Positions 1 to 10,549 of a stretch of 64,000 bases of DNA are shown here, piece by piece. Under the pieces are notes generated by a model. The model made no database searches. It saw only the letters and a program-made list of their open reading frames with translations, and was not told the DNA's origin. The stretch is from Heteronotia binoei. Its lineage: Eukaryota. Positions within the stretch are counted from its first letter, which is position 1; every line of letters starts with the position of its first letter. The stretch spans positions 103,664,001 through 103,728,000 of the forward strand of contig NC_083226.1 of NCBI RefSeq assembly GCF_032191835.1, written 5' to 3'. Position numbers and translations under genes: made by a program.

Positions 1-171
1 TTAGGCACTGGATCCATAGGAATTGTAGCAAATTCTTCTCTTCTGTTTGGCATTGTGCAGTAAGAGAATAAGTAGAAGGCTGAACCACGGCTCTGAGACT
101 TGCCTTCACTTTTTGAAGCACCACTGTAGCATGTGTGTGTAAGGATATGTTTGTGTATATGTATGCATATT

Positions 172-372
172 CAGGTCTTTTTTGCAGAAAAAGCCCAGCA
201 TTAACTCATTTGCATATTAGGCTATGCAATGAGTTATGTCACCATTGTTTCACCCAGGGCTTTTTTTGTAGAAAAAGCCTAGTAAGAACTCATTTGCTTA
301 TTAGGCCACACCTCCTGACACCAACCCAGCCAGAACTGTGTTCCTGTGTGTTCCTGCTCAAAAAAAAAGCCG
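172..372. mobile_element. hAT-type MITE (CAGGGCTTTTT-type TIR family, octamer-bearing)
   Basis: Decayed TIRs CAGGTCTTTTTT / AAAAAAGCC(CT)G. 8-bp TSD tgcatatt (164-171) / tgtatatt (373-380). The internal CTCATTTGCATATTAGG motif is shared with copies at 13259, 53090 and 54529. Confidence 0.7.
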
Positions 373-380
373 TGTATATT

Positions 381-1975
381 AATTTCCAAACTGTTCCTCA
401 TCAAAGGTTCCTTAGTAAGCTCGAGAGTCATGGAGTAAAAGGACAGGTCCTCTTATGGATCAAAAACTGGCTAATTAATAGGAAGCAGAGAGTGAGTATA
501 AATGGGCAGTCTTTGCAGTGGAGGACGGTAAGCAGGCCTCAGTACTGGGTCCCATGCTCTAACTTGTTCATTAATGATCTGGAGTTGGAGTAAGCAGTGA
601 AGTGGCCAAGTTTGCAGATGGTACTAAATTGTTCAGGGTGGTGAGAATCAGAGAGGATTGTGAGGCACTCCAAAGGGATCTGTTGAGGCTGGGTGAGTGT
701 GCGTCAACGTGGCAGATGACATTCAATGTGGCCAAGTGCAAAGTAATGCACATTGGGGCCAAAAATCCCACCTACAAATACAAGTTGATGGGTTGTGAAC
801 TGGCAGAGACTGACCAAGAGAGAGATCTTGGGGTCATGGTAGATAACTCACTGAAAATGTCAAGACAGTGTGCGATTGCAATAAAAAAGGCCAATGCCAT
901 GCTGGGAATTATTAGGAAGGGAATTGAAAATAAATCAGCCAGTATCATAATGCTTCTATATAAATCGATGGTGTGGTCTCATTTGGAATACTGTGTACAA
1001 TTCTGGTCACCGCACCTCAAAAAGGATATTATAGCATTGGAAAAAGTGCAGAAAAGGGCAACTAGAATGATTAAAGGTCTGGAACACTTTGCCTATGAAG
1101 AAAGGTTAAAACGCTTGGGGCTCTTTAGCTTGGAGAAACGTTGACTGTGGGGTGACATGATAGAGGTTTACAAGATTATGCCTGGGATGGAGAAAGTAGA
1201 GAAAAAAGTACTTTTCTCCCTTTCTCACAATACAAGAACTCGTGGGCATTCGATAAAATTGCTGAGTAGTCAGGTTAAAACGGATAAAAGGAAGTATTTC
1301 TTCACCCAAAGGGTGATTAACATGTGGAATTCACTGCCACAGGAAGTGGTGGTGGCTTCAAGCATAGCCAGCTTTAAGAGGGGATTGGATAAAAATATGG
1401 AGCACAGGTCCATCAGTGGCTATTAGCCACAGTATATATATGTGTGTGTGTGTGTTTATATGTATGTATGTGTGTGTGTGCGTGTGTGTGTATATATATA
1501 TATATCTCTCGGCTTGGCTTCGCGAACGAAGATTTAAGAAGGGTGCAATAGTCCACGTTTGCTGCAGGCTCGCTGGTGGCTGACAAGACCAATGTGGGAC
1601 AGGCAGGTCCGGAAGTTAGTCTGAAGAAGACAGAAGTTCTCCACCAGCCTGCACCCCAGGAAGATTATCACCCTCCCTGCATCACTGTGGGTGAATCAGT
1701 TCTGAAGACAGTCCAGCAGTTCAGCTACCTGGGGTGCATCATCTCCTCAGATGCCAAGATCGACAAGGAGATTGACAACAGGCTGGCAAAGGCAAACCGT
1801 GCATTTGGCCGACTGCACAAAAGAGTGTGGAGCAACAAGCATCTGAAAAAAGGCACAATATATATATATACATACATATATGCACACATATTTTGGCCAC
1901 TGTGTGACGCAGAGTGTTGGACTGGATGGGCCATTGGCCTGATCCAACATGGCTTCTCTTATGTTCACTGATATG
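381..1975 (+). mobile_element. CR1 LINE 3' portion (RT C-terminus plus 3'UTR with an internal microsatellite, interrupted by an RTE insertion)
   Basis: ORFs 135-593, 602-1144 and 1157-1426 encode CR1 RT motifs (FINDL, KFADGTKL, CKVMHIG, ERDLGVMVD, HLEYCVQFWSP, RKYFFTQRV). The 3'UTR resumes at about 1885 after the RTE fragment. Confidence 0.92.
1506..1858 (-). mobile_element. RTE-clade LINE fragment with a 5' inversion, inserted in a (TA)n tract
   Basis: 1506-1610 is the RTE 3' end on the - strand, nearly identical to 55606-55712. 1611-1858 is RT-coding sequence on the + strand (SLKKTEVLHQPAP...FSYLG...RLAKANRAFGRL). (TA)n lies on both sides. Confidence 0.8.
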
Positions 1976-2290
1976 ATGATAATCACTGCATAACAAAATG
2001 GGAACTTATTCAATGTCAACATGACAACATAAAGAGAGAGTGGTTATAGTGCTGAATTGTAACAGGGGAGACACAGTTTCAAATCACTGCTCTGCCATGA
2101 AGCGCTCTTGGGTGACTTTGGACCATTTGTTCTCAGCATAACCTACCTCATAGCGTTGGTATGAGGCATACTATTTATGCTACCCTGTGGTAGTCCTCGG
2201 AGAAAGGGTGGGATAAAAATCAAATAAACCTGTTAAGACAAGGTGCCCTAAAGTGCAAGAGAATCCCTAAAATGTTTGTTTTTCCTTCAG

Positions 2291-2381
2291 GATCACATTG
2301 TACAAACCAGGTTGTTACACACAAGGAGACTGGAGAAAATGAACAAACTACTAGAATTATTGCCCCCTCGCCAATAAAAAG
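2291..2381 (+). CDS. EPB41L4A: EPB41L4A coding exon (91 nt; SHCTNQVVTHKETGENEQTTRIIAPSPIKS)
   Basis: ttccttcag|...AAAAG|gtaat. Matches the recalled human segment ENGENEGTIKIIAPSPVKS. Phase-consistent with the next exon. Confidence 0.9.
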
Positions 2382-2568
2382 GTAATGATAAAAAGTCCAG
2401 AACTGTGCAGTTTGGTCTTGGCTATTCCTGCAAATAGCTATGGAGATAAGCAGCATCAGTGAAAGCAAATGCTTTAAAGAATTTCTTTAAAGTAGAGTTT
2501 TAAAATACCTGCATTTAATCAATTAAAAAGATGAGTTTTTCAATAGAGTTATTTCTCCATACTTTTAG

Positions 2569-2652
2569 TTTTAAAAAATCAAGAAATGAAAGCAGTCCAG
2601 AAACCCAAAGAAGTAAACCTAATGCACCATGGGAAGAAAACTGCTCTCAGAG
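2569..2652 (+). CDS. EPB41L4A: EPB41L4A coding exon (84 nt; FKKSRNESSPETQRSKPNAPWEENCSQS)
   Basis: cttttag|...CAGAG|gtaagg. Matches human FKKAKNENSPDTQRSKSHAPWEENGPQS. Confidence 0.93.
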
Positions 2653-2999
2653 GTAAGGAAGAATGTAATGACTTGCAAAGATAATTCCGTTATCCGTATT
2701 TGCTTAGTGAAGAGCATACTTTTTTTTTTTGCCTGCATATATGCCCCTTCTGACATCTGTACTCTGTTCTTGAATTCCAAGCATCTATATTTTGGTAGGA
2801 CAGGAAGATTAGGAGGTGGGGCACAGTCAGTTTAGCCACCATTGGTTCCCTAGGTATTGTTTGCCAAGTACTAATATCTGAGAGGTTGGGTTGATTTTGC
2901 CACAGTCAACCCACCTCCAGCTCCAGGCAACTATTGGAAGCTCTGCTTGGGATGCTTGGCAGAGCTTCTTTTCCTTGATTCTCTGTAGAATAAAGATGG

Positions 3000-3065
3000 A
3001 GTCCAGTAGCAATAAGACCAACAAAGTTTTGTTCAAGATATAAGCTTTCGTATATACACACGCAC
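3000..3065 (-). mobile_element. Outer part of the left arm of a fold-back Penelope-derived element (3' half of a hammerhead motif)
   Basis: Joining 3000-3065 to 8009 onward gives the reverse complement of 8935-9015. It contains AAGCTTTCG, which reads CGAAAGCTT on the - strand. Confidence 0.8.
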
Positions 3066-3436
3066 ATCTTCATCGTGGTCTCTGTGCAGTCCCACATATG
3101 GGTTTATCCGCCAGGATCGAGCCCATCTCGGAGTATTCAAAGCAATCCTAAAGCGTTATTTTTGGCGCACCTTTCCCCTCGTCCCGGGGAGGGGGCAGCG
3201 ACTGCGCATGCCCAGACGAGGGGGGAGGCGGCCAACCCACTCAGTTTCTTCTCTACCGCCGTCCGGAAAACACCTATCTCGCTGATCTCCCGCTTCATTG
3301 CAGTCCTTTCACCCTTTCCGATCTACGTCGTTCTTCGCTTCGTTCCTCTTCTCTTTATTCTGGTATCGTTAAAAAAAAAAATCTTTCTCTCTACTTCGTC
3401 TTTTCGTCCTCCTCCCCCCCCCCTCTCTCCGGGCGG

Positions 3437-5881
3437 ATGGAAGGGAAGGTAAAAGAAAAAATTACTTTCAAAAGGTGCGTTCGCTGTGCAGCGAAAATAC
3501 CATCGACCGACGGGCATTCTCTTTGCCTTTTCTGCCTCGGGGAGTCCCACCGAACAGACTCGTGTGTGCACTGTAGCCAGTTCGGCAAACAAGCGAGAAA
3601 AAACCGCGCGGCAAGACTCAAAAGCCACTTGCTAGAGTCCTCTCTTCACCCGGTTATGGCGCAAGCCTCAGTCTCGCAGTCCTCTCCGTCTTCCCTACTT
3701 TCGAAGGGAGCGAATCCGCCGGTTGCTTCCGTGGCGCAGGCTCCCAGCAAGCATAAATCCAGCAAGCACCACAAGAAGTCTGACGACTCTAAGAAACGAC
3801 ACCGTACCGAGTTGACCCCGAAGGATTCTTCGACTCCGGATGACCCTTCGAACCCGAAGTCTCCCAAGAGACAGAAACTCAGCCGCAAGCCTCTCGAACC
3901 CGGCACCGTGATTCGACCTCTCGAACCCGTCGTCCTAATCAGGCCCGACACACCTCGACCGACTACGACCACCGTTCCCTCGAACCGGACTACTCCGGCT
4001 TCGAAATCCACTTCGACTCCGGCCATCACGCCACTGGAAATAGTGCGCATCAGCTCAAGATCTCCATCAGTGCACGAATCGCTGCCAGACCAAATCTTAG
4101 ATACTGAGTCCCCGAAGTCGATGAGAAGTCAACACCTCATTCCTCTCGAGGACCGCTTCCGTGAGATTCCTACGCTCCATCCTGTCACTACACCAGTGTT
4201 AACCAGGAACCCCTCGACTCCGAGAGAACTTCCTCGGCCCCGAGAATCCCCTCGACCCCGAGACTTCAGATCCCGAAGTGGACATAAGGACCATTACTAT
4301 TATTATTCTCCTTCAAGATCTCGATCTCCATCACCTCACAGATATTACAGATACCCTAGATCACCCTCTCCCGGCTTCTACAGACATCGCAACCGGGAGC
4401 GCTCTCGGTTCCGCGAGGATTCCAGATTCCGAGAGAGGCCTTACTACAAGGACCATTCCGACGAACGTGTCCGCCCTAGGTACCGAAACCCGTCTCCTCA
4501 TGAATACCAGAGGCCTAAACTACCTTCTCCTATCAATCCGACACAACCTCCTAGACCGGAGCCTCCTGCACCTGAAAAGGTCAACAAAACTCCAGACGCT
4601 GACATTAATGATTCAGAGACTGAACAATCTGTATCGTCCAATTCCTCAGTCTCAGACCTCCATTCTCCAGACTCCGACATAGTTAAGCCTGCAGATCTCT
4701 CTCCATCAGAAGGCCCTAAGTCGTACCTGGACCTTCTATCTAACATGGCTACTTCTCTTAATGTGAAGTTGACTACTGATGTACCAAGAGTCTCTGACGT
4801 GGTCTACGACCTGGTGCATGCAGATCTTCCTACAGGATCTTCCTTTCCCATGCTCCCATTCCACCTAGAGACTTTAAAAGAAGCATGGGACAAGCCAGCC
4901 TCCGTACCTTTGACGTCTAAGAGAGTTGAGGCACTTTACAAGGTACACCACCATATTCGTTACAAGAAATTCCGAATGGTCACACTCCAATCCATCCTTC
5001 CGTTGATCCCAGAACAAGCTTGGATGGCTTCAATAGATCTCCAGGATGCGTATTTCCACCTTTCCATCAGCCAACATCACAGGAGATTCCTCAGATTTGC
5101 CATAGGGGATCAACACTACCAATTCCGTGCTCTTCCTTTCGGCCTCTCTACAGCCCCGAGGGTGTTTATGAAGTGCATGGCGGTGGTAGTAGCAATGCTG
5201 AGACAACAACGCATCTCCATTTACCCATACATAGACGACTTGCTAGTCGTCTCCCACTCCAAGGAACAACTCCAGTCAGATGTCTCGACGACCCTGTCTC
5301 TCCTGGCCTCTTTGGGCCTCCAAGTCAACATCTCCAAATCGAATCTAACCCCTACTCAATCAATACAATTTATAGGGGCCCACCTCTCGACTGTGTCATG
5401 CAAGGCGTATCTACCAACAGACAGAGCACAACACATTATGTCTCTGGCCAGGGACATTATTCTACATCGTTCTCAGACAGCCTTCACCTTTCAGAGGATG
5501 CTGGGCCTCATGGCCACCACCACCTCGGTGCTTCAGTTTGCCAAACTGCACATGCGTCCTCTGCAGTTGTGGTTTGTGAGGACCTTCCATCCTCAGCGTC
5601 AACACCAGCTCACTATGCTCACGATCCCAGCTCACATCATCCCTTCTCTCGAATGGTGGACTGTGCGCCATCACCTTCTCAAGGGGATGTCCTTTGTCCA
5701 GACTCCTCCCTCGGTGATTGTCACCGCAGACGCTTCAAAGTGGGGATGGGGAGCCCACTTAGGACAGCTTACAGTTCAGGGCCAGTGGACGGAGTACGAG
5801 CGCTCCCTCCACATAAATTGTCTGGAGCTGATGGCAGTCCACAGGGCCCTACGATCTTTCCTGCCATCGCTTCACAACTAG
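3437..5881 (+). CDS. DIRS gag-like ORF1 fused in frame to RT-RNase H (deletion derivative, premature TAG)
   Basis: N-terminal Cys/His cluster (CVRC...CLFC...H...CVHC) and Ser/Arg/Pro-rich gag. RT motifs IDLQDAYFH, ALPFGLSTAPRVF and YPYIDDLL. RNase H motifs TADASKWGWG and HINCLELMAV. TAG at 5879-5881. Confidence 0.9.
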   Translation: MEGKVKEKITFKRCVRCAAKIPSTDGHSLCLFCLGESHRTDSCVHCSQFGKQARKNRAARLKSHLLESSLHPVMAQASVSQSSPSSLLSKGANPPVASVAQAPSKHKSSKHHKKSDDSKKRHRTELTPKDSSTPDDPSNPKSPKRQKLSRKPLEPGTVIRPLEPVVLIRPDTPRPTTTTVPSNRTTPASKSTSTPAITPLEIVRISSRSPSVHESLPDQILDTESPKSMRSQHLIPLEDRFREIPTLHPVTTPVLTRNPSTPRELPRPRESPRPRDFRSRSGHKDHYYYYSPSRSRSPSPHRYYRYPRSPSPGFYRHRNRERSRFREDSRFRERPYYKDHSDERVRPRYRNPSPHEYQRPKLPSPINPTQPPRPEPPAPEKVNKTPDADINDSETEQSVSSNSSVSDLHSPDSDIVKPADLSPSEGPKSYLDLLSNMATSLNVKLTTDVPRVSDVVYDLVHADLPTGSSFPMLPFHLETLKEAWDKPASVPLTSKRVEALYKVHHHIRYKKFRMVTLQSILPLIPEQAWMASIDLQDAYFHLSISQHHRRFLRFAIGDQHYQFRALPFGLSTAPRVFMKCMAVVVAMLRQQRISIYPYIDDLLVVSHSKEQLQSDVSTTLSLLASLGLQVNISKSNLTPTQSIQFIGAHLSTVSCKAYLPTDRAQHIMSLARDIILHRSQTAFTFQRMLGLMATTTSVLQFAKLHMRPLQLWFVRTFHPQRQHQLTMLTIPAHIIPSLEWWTVRHHLLKGMSFVQTPPSVIVTADASKWGWGAHLGQLTVQGQWTEYERSLHINCLELMAVHRALRSFLPSLHN

Positions 5882-6508
5882 CATGTCCAAGTCACATCGG
5901 ACAACATCGCTACTGTCTTCTACATAAACCGGCAGGGGGGCACTGCCTCCATCAGACTTTGCAAAAGAGCCCTAAGCCTGTGGCACTGGAGCATTGCCCA
6001 CGGCATTTTCCTGTCTGCTGTGCATCTACCCGGAACCCTAAATGTGCAAGCAGACACCCTCAGCCGATGTCCCATCAACGATCACGAGTGGTCCATCAAC
6101 CGCCGTTATCTCCTTCCGCTATTTCTGAGATTCAGCACACCGGACATAGATGCCTTTGCAACACAGGACAACGCTCAATGCCCGCGCTTCTTCACACGAG
6201 GCCAGCCGTCTCCACTGTCAGCAGGGGACGCCTTCCTACAACCCTGGAGCGGTCCAATGCTGTACATGTTTCCACCAGTTCCTCTCATTACGAGAGTGTT
6301 GCAAAAAATCATGACGGATGGTGCCAACTGCATCTTAGTGACTCCATGGTGGCCATGTCAACCTTGGTTCACCACTCTCCTCCTGCTGTCGCACGGCCTC
6401 TTTCACCGCTTCCCGCAAGCTCAGGACCTTCTCTCTCAACAGAACGGCAAGGTTCTTCATCACAACCCGACTCTCCTCCGCCTCACAGCATGGAGAATCA
6501 GTTCCTAA
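5882..6508 (+). pseudogene. DIRS RNase H C-terminus plus methyltransferase-like (MT) domain, same frame past the premature stop
   Basis: SDNIATVFYINRQGG, HLPGTLNVQADTLSR, DIDAFA, LYMFPPVPLI and LVTPWWP are typical DIRS RH/MT motifs. Same reading frame as 3437. Confidence 0.88.
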
Positions 6509-7524
6509 CCCTCTCTCCTGAGGTTCGTCATATCATCCTCAATGCTAGGAAGCCTGCTACCAGAAAATCCTATGCCTTCAAATGGAAACGTTTCTCCAAA
6601 TATGCTGAACTTCATTCCTTTCGACCTGAGCTTGCCAGCATCAACCAGATTTTGACCTACACCTTGACTCTCTCCAAAACTGGTCTATCTCACTCCTCCC
6701 TGAAGGTGCACCTCGCAGCTATCTCTGCATTCCATCCTTCCATCGATGGCTCCACTGTTTTTATTCACTCCGCAACCAAGGCATTCCTGAAGGGAATTCT
6801 TCACCTCCACCCTCCAATCCGTAAAATACAGCCTGCTTGGAGCCTATCCCTAGTCCTCAGTCAGTTAATGAAGCCACCGTTTGAACCCATGGCTTCCATT
6901 CCCTTACACCTTCTGACGTGGAAAACTGCCCTTCTAGTAGCCATTACTACTGGCAAGCGAGCCAGCGACATCTGCGCCTTCAGGGCTGATCCCCCGTACA
7001 CCATTTTTCACCATAACAAGGTAGTACTACGCCCTGATCCCGCTTTCTTGCCTAAGGTTGTCTCCCCCTTCCATCTAGGGAGGCCTTCCATCCTTCCTGC
7101 GTTCTTCCAAAACCCTACAGACACGGCCCAACGCACCCTACATCACCTCGACGTGCGTAGAGCTCTAGCCTTTTACATCGACAGAACTAAACAATTCCGA
7201 AAAGACAACAGACTTTTTGTATCTTATGCTACCCATAATCAGGGTACCAGAATCTCTACCCAGAGATTCTCTAAATGGATTACCTCCACTATATCTTTAT
7301 GCTTCGAATTGGCTAAACAGCCCTTACCTGAGCACTTGCGAGCTCACTCCACCAGAGCGGTCGCAATCTCAACAGCCTTCTGTAAGGGCGTTCCGATGGA
7401 GGACATTTGCGCTGCTGCAGTCTGGTCGTCCCCATCCACTTTCGCCTCGCACTACGCTCTCGACGTTCGTGCCCGGTGTGACACATCATTTGGGCAGGCC
7501 GTGCTGAGATCAATCTTCGACTGA
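6490..7524 (+). CDS. DIRS tyrosine recombinase (frame open from 5020; probable ATG at 6490)
   Basis: Catalytic R-H-R-H-Y motifs are present: GKRASD, HLDVRRAL, RAHSTR and FASHY. Confidence 0.93.
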   Translation: MENQFLTLSPEVRHIILNARKPATRKSYAFKWKRFSKYAELHSFRPELASINQILTYTLTLSKTGLSHSSLKVHLAAISAFHPSIDGSTVFIHSATKAFLKGILHLHPPIRKIQPAWSLSLVLSQLMKPPFEPMASIPLHLLTWKTALLVAITTGKRASDICAFRADPPYTIFHHNKVVLRPDPAFLPKVVSPFHLGRPSILPAFFQNPTDTAQRTLHHLDVRRALAFYIDRTKQFRKDNRLFVSYATHNQGTRISTQRFSKWITSTISLCFELAKQPLPEHLRAHSTRAVAISTAFCKGVPMEDICAAAVWSSPSTFASHYALDVRARCDTSFGQAVLRSIFD

Positions 7525-7635
7525 AGTCGTCTGCGACCTGTTGTGAGTACAATTTTATTTTACTTGCTCTACTCTAACTTGCAGACCTTCTTTACAGATC
7601 CAGCACCCGCCTCCTGCAAGATAGCTTGCCAGTCA

Positions 7636-7732
7636 CCCATATGTGGGACTGCACAGAGACCACGATGAAGATGGACAGGTTTCTTACCTGTAACTGATGA
7701 TCTTCGAGTGGTCATCTGTGCAGTCACACATA
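7636..7732 (+). other. DIRS internal complementary region (ICR)
   Basis: 7636-7673 is the reverse complement of 3065-3102. 7674-7732 is the reverse complement of about 7949-8007. Confidence 0.95.
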
Positions 7733-8008
7733 CCCACCCAGCCTTCCCCGCTGCTGGACTTCCACATCTTGCATTTATACACCTACCTACGGCGGGAAGA
7801 AACTGAGTGGGTTGGCCGCCTCCCCCCTCGTCTGGGCATGCGCAGTCCCTGCCCCCTCCCCGGGACGAGGGGAAAGGCGCGCCAAAAATAACGCTTTAGG
7901 ATTGCTTTGAATACTCCGAGATGGGCTCGATCCTGGCGGATAAACCCATATGTGTGACTGCACAGATGACCACTCGAAGATCATCAGTTACAGGTAAGAA
8001 ACCTGTCC

Positions 8009-9055
8009 TTCTTCAGATACAATGAAATGGGAGAAAAGCATTCAAACTTGTAGACAGGTTTGAGAAAAAAATTAGCATATAACGTAGTAGACATGTAGAG
8101 ACAAAGGAGGGACAACAAGCAAAGTGCACATGGTCAACAGCAGTATGGGAAACAATTAACGGGAAACAATAAGTGAAGCAATAAATACGTCAAAATAGGA
8201 GACAATCTTTTCTAATTGGAGAATCTTTTCTAATTGTGGGGAAATTAACTTTATGATGCCCATCTGCTTTCCCTCAAGCACGAAGCTAACAATTGCTATA
8301 TGTTGTTCTAAATACCATACTAATATGTTGTTCTTAGAGGTGTTGTAACTGAAAAAATCTATACCTATTTATTGCATTCTATTATAAACAGTATTACATT
8401 GTACAAAGAGAGGAGAGAGGGGGGGGATGCATAAAAATATATAGGGTGTATAGATCTTACAGAGGATGTATAGAAAAGAGAAAAGAAAAGAGAGACAAGG
8501 ACTATACATCCTCTGTAAGGATTATACATTCTTTTTATTTTTATGCATTTTTCTCTTTCTCTCATGCTTTTCTATACATCCTCTGTGATGACTATACATG
8601 CTATGTATTTTATGCATCTCTCTCTGTCTCTCTTCTATACATCCTCTATACATATAGCAATTGTTACCTTCACACTTGAGGGGAGGCAGATGGGCATCAT
8701 AAAGTTAATGTTCCCATAATTAGAACAGATTCTCGTACACACTTATCTCCTATTTTGACATATTGTTGCTTTAAATGTTGTTTCCTCTTAATTGGATCCA
8801 TACAGCTGTTGACACTGTGCACTTTGCTTGTTGTTGCTGCTTTGTCTTGAAATGTCTACATCATGTTATATGCTAATTTTTCCCCCCTCAATCCTGTCTA
8901 TAAGTTTGAATGCTTTTCTCTCATTTCATTGTATCTGAAGAAGTGTGTGTGTACACATAAAAGCTTATACCTTAAATAAAACTTCGTTTGTCTTAAAGAT
9001 GCTACTGGACTCTATTCTGTTGCTTCAGACCAACATGGCTACCCACCTGGATCTT
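8009..9055. mobile_element. Fold-back non-autonomous Penelope-like element: inverted arms of about 300-370 bp with hammerhead motifs
   Basis: 8009-8305 is the diverged reverse complement of 8652-8945. The + strand GTATCTGAAGAAGTG...AAAAGCTTATAC at about 8931-8968 is a minimal hammerhead motif. The centre has repeated CTATACATCCTCT units, one of them inverted. Confidence 0.78.
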
Positions 9056-10549
9056 GATTCTCTGTGTCACTGAAAAATAAAGGATGAAGGATGACGCTGG
9101 GGATTGGGGAAAGGCATGAAGAGACTAAGACATAAAGGGGAGTGGTGGAAGCAGATAGATGAGATGCCCTGTAATTATGGGGGGGGGGGGCATTTGGAAG
9201 TCCCCCTTGTAAAAGACAAAGGGAAGATTTCCTCTCTCACCACCCATCCCCTTCTAAATGTTTGCGTAACTATGTGAGGATGAATGGAGGGGCATATTTT
9301 AATCTGTAATGTATTTGGCCATGTAAGTATATTTAGCACATATGTATTATGGCTATATGTAGATGTGTGTAGGCATACTGTTGACAACAGTGGATATGAC
9401 TAGTTCATATCTGTTCCTCTCTTCCCCCCTTCCCCCAAATAGCTTGTCCTCACTTGCTTTTTTCATGTTAGAGAACTGTGACAGGCTTGCTGGCTCATAA
9501 ATGCCACCAATAATTTACAGGGCACTTGTAAATGAATGTTAATGGGAAAATTGGGAGTGAAAAGAGGATATGTCCAAAAATAAAGAGTTGTAATCACATG
9601 CATAGTTACATCTCTTAAAAAAATTTACCTCCATGGGAAGTGCAGTATCTTATCCTCATCATTAGTATAAGAAAAACATGTAGTTGAAGGTCTAGGGCTG
9701 CAATTCACAAGGACTCTTTACTGTAAAAATCCCTCATTTGCAGTAAATGTTTGTTTGCTGTTCGGGGTTGGGGCTGTTGCCCCTCCTCCCAGTCTTCCGG
9801 CCCGGGAGGTCACAGGAGGCGATGCAGGCACCAGCTATCCTGCAGCAACTTCCAACAATGCGGCCTCACCCTGTGGATTCCTCAGGAGTAGCTCCCCAGT
9901 GCAGGGCCAGGAGATCGATGCCCACACCCTTCTGGGATTGGCTGGAGGCAAGGGATGGGGGAGGGGACTGGGGATTTAACTGTTGAGCCAAAAGCCTGCC
10001 AGGGAGGAAGGGCCACAACAGAGGTACAGATAGAAAACAAACCAGTGGGTAAGCACGGGAGAGTACCGGAGAGGGAAGAAGGGTGACTGTCCACTCCCCT
10101 TCCCAGCCTCAATTCTGAGGCAGCGCATCCACCACCAGTTGAACTCCCACCCTGGAACATCCACCCTTGCCTCCGACTGATGCTGAGCTCCGCAAAACAA
10201 ACATTTTCTATTCTGCTTTGTGGTTTTCCACAAAAATTGCACCAGTGAAAAAGTCCTTAACATCCTGTAAGCATTCTCTGAAGGCTTATTGTGTAATTGT
10301 CCTTTTGTTTCAGGAGTTCTATGTAATATATTTATTCATGGAAAAGCAATAACATCTTCAATCCTGGCTTGACCAAATCTTGTTATCTTGTGCACCTTTT
10401 AAATAACATGCCTGTCAGCACAGGAAATGATAGATTTTCCAACACTGCCAACAAAGTAATAATACTAAAAAAGAAATGGTATATATCTGCATGGTATATG
10501 CTCTGGAAAGCCAGTGAGATCCTTTGTTTTTATTCTTCTTTAACCCTAG

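Larger units (their letters stand above)
3066..8008 (+). mobile_element. DIRS1-like tyrosine-recombinase retrotransposon (ITR + ICR type), internally deleted
   Basis: About 190-bp inverted terminal repeats (3075-3262 / 7789-7974) with a right-end extension to 8008. The internal complementary region 7636-7732 is the reverse complement of both termini joined. Contains gag, RT, RNase H, MT and YR coding regions. No TSD. Confidence 0.97.

Noticed and set aside
3646-4746. Short ORFs overlapping DIRS gag (3646-4050, 4278-4682, 4498-4746)
   Set aside because: They are alternative-frame or antisense by-products of GC-rich gag.
7543-7597. Mini-intron (GTGAGT...CTAAC...TACAG) just after the YR stop
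   Set aside because: At 55 nt it is below typical vertebrate minimal intron size, and there is no transcript evidence.
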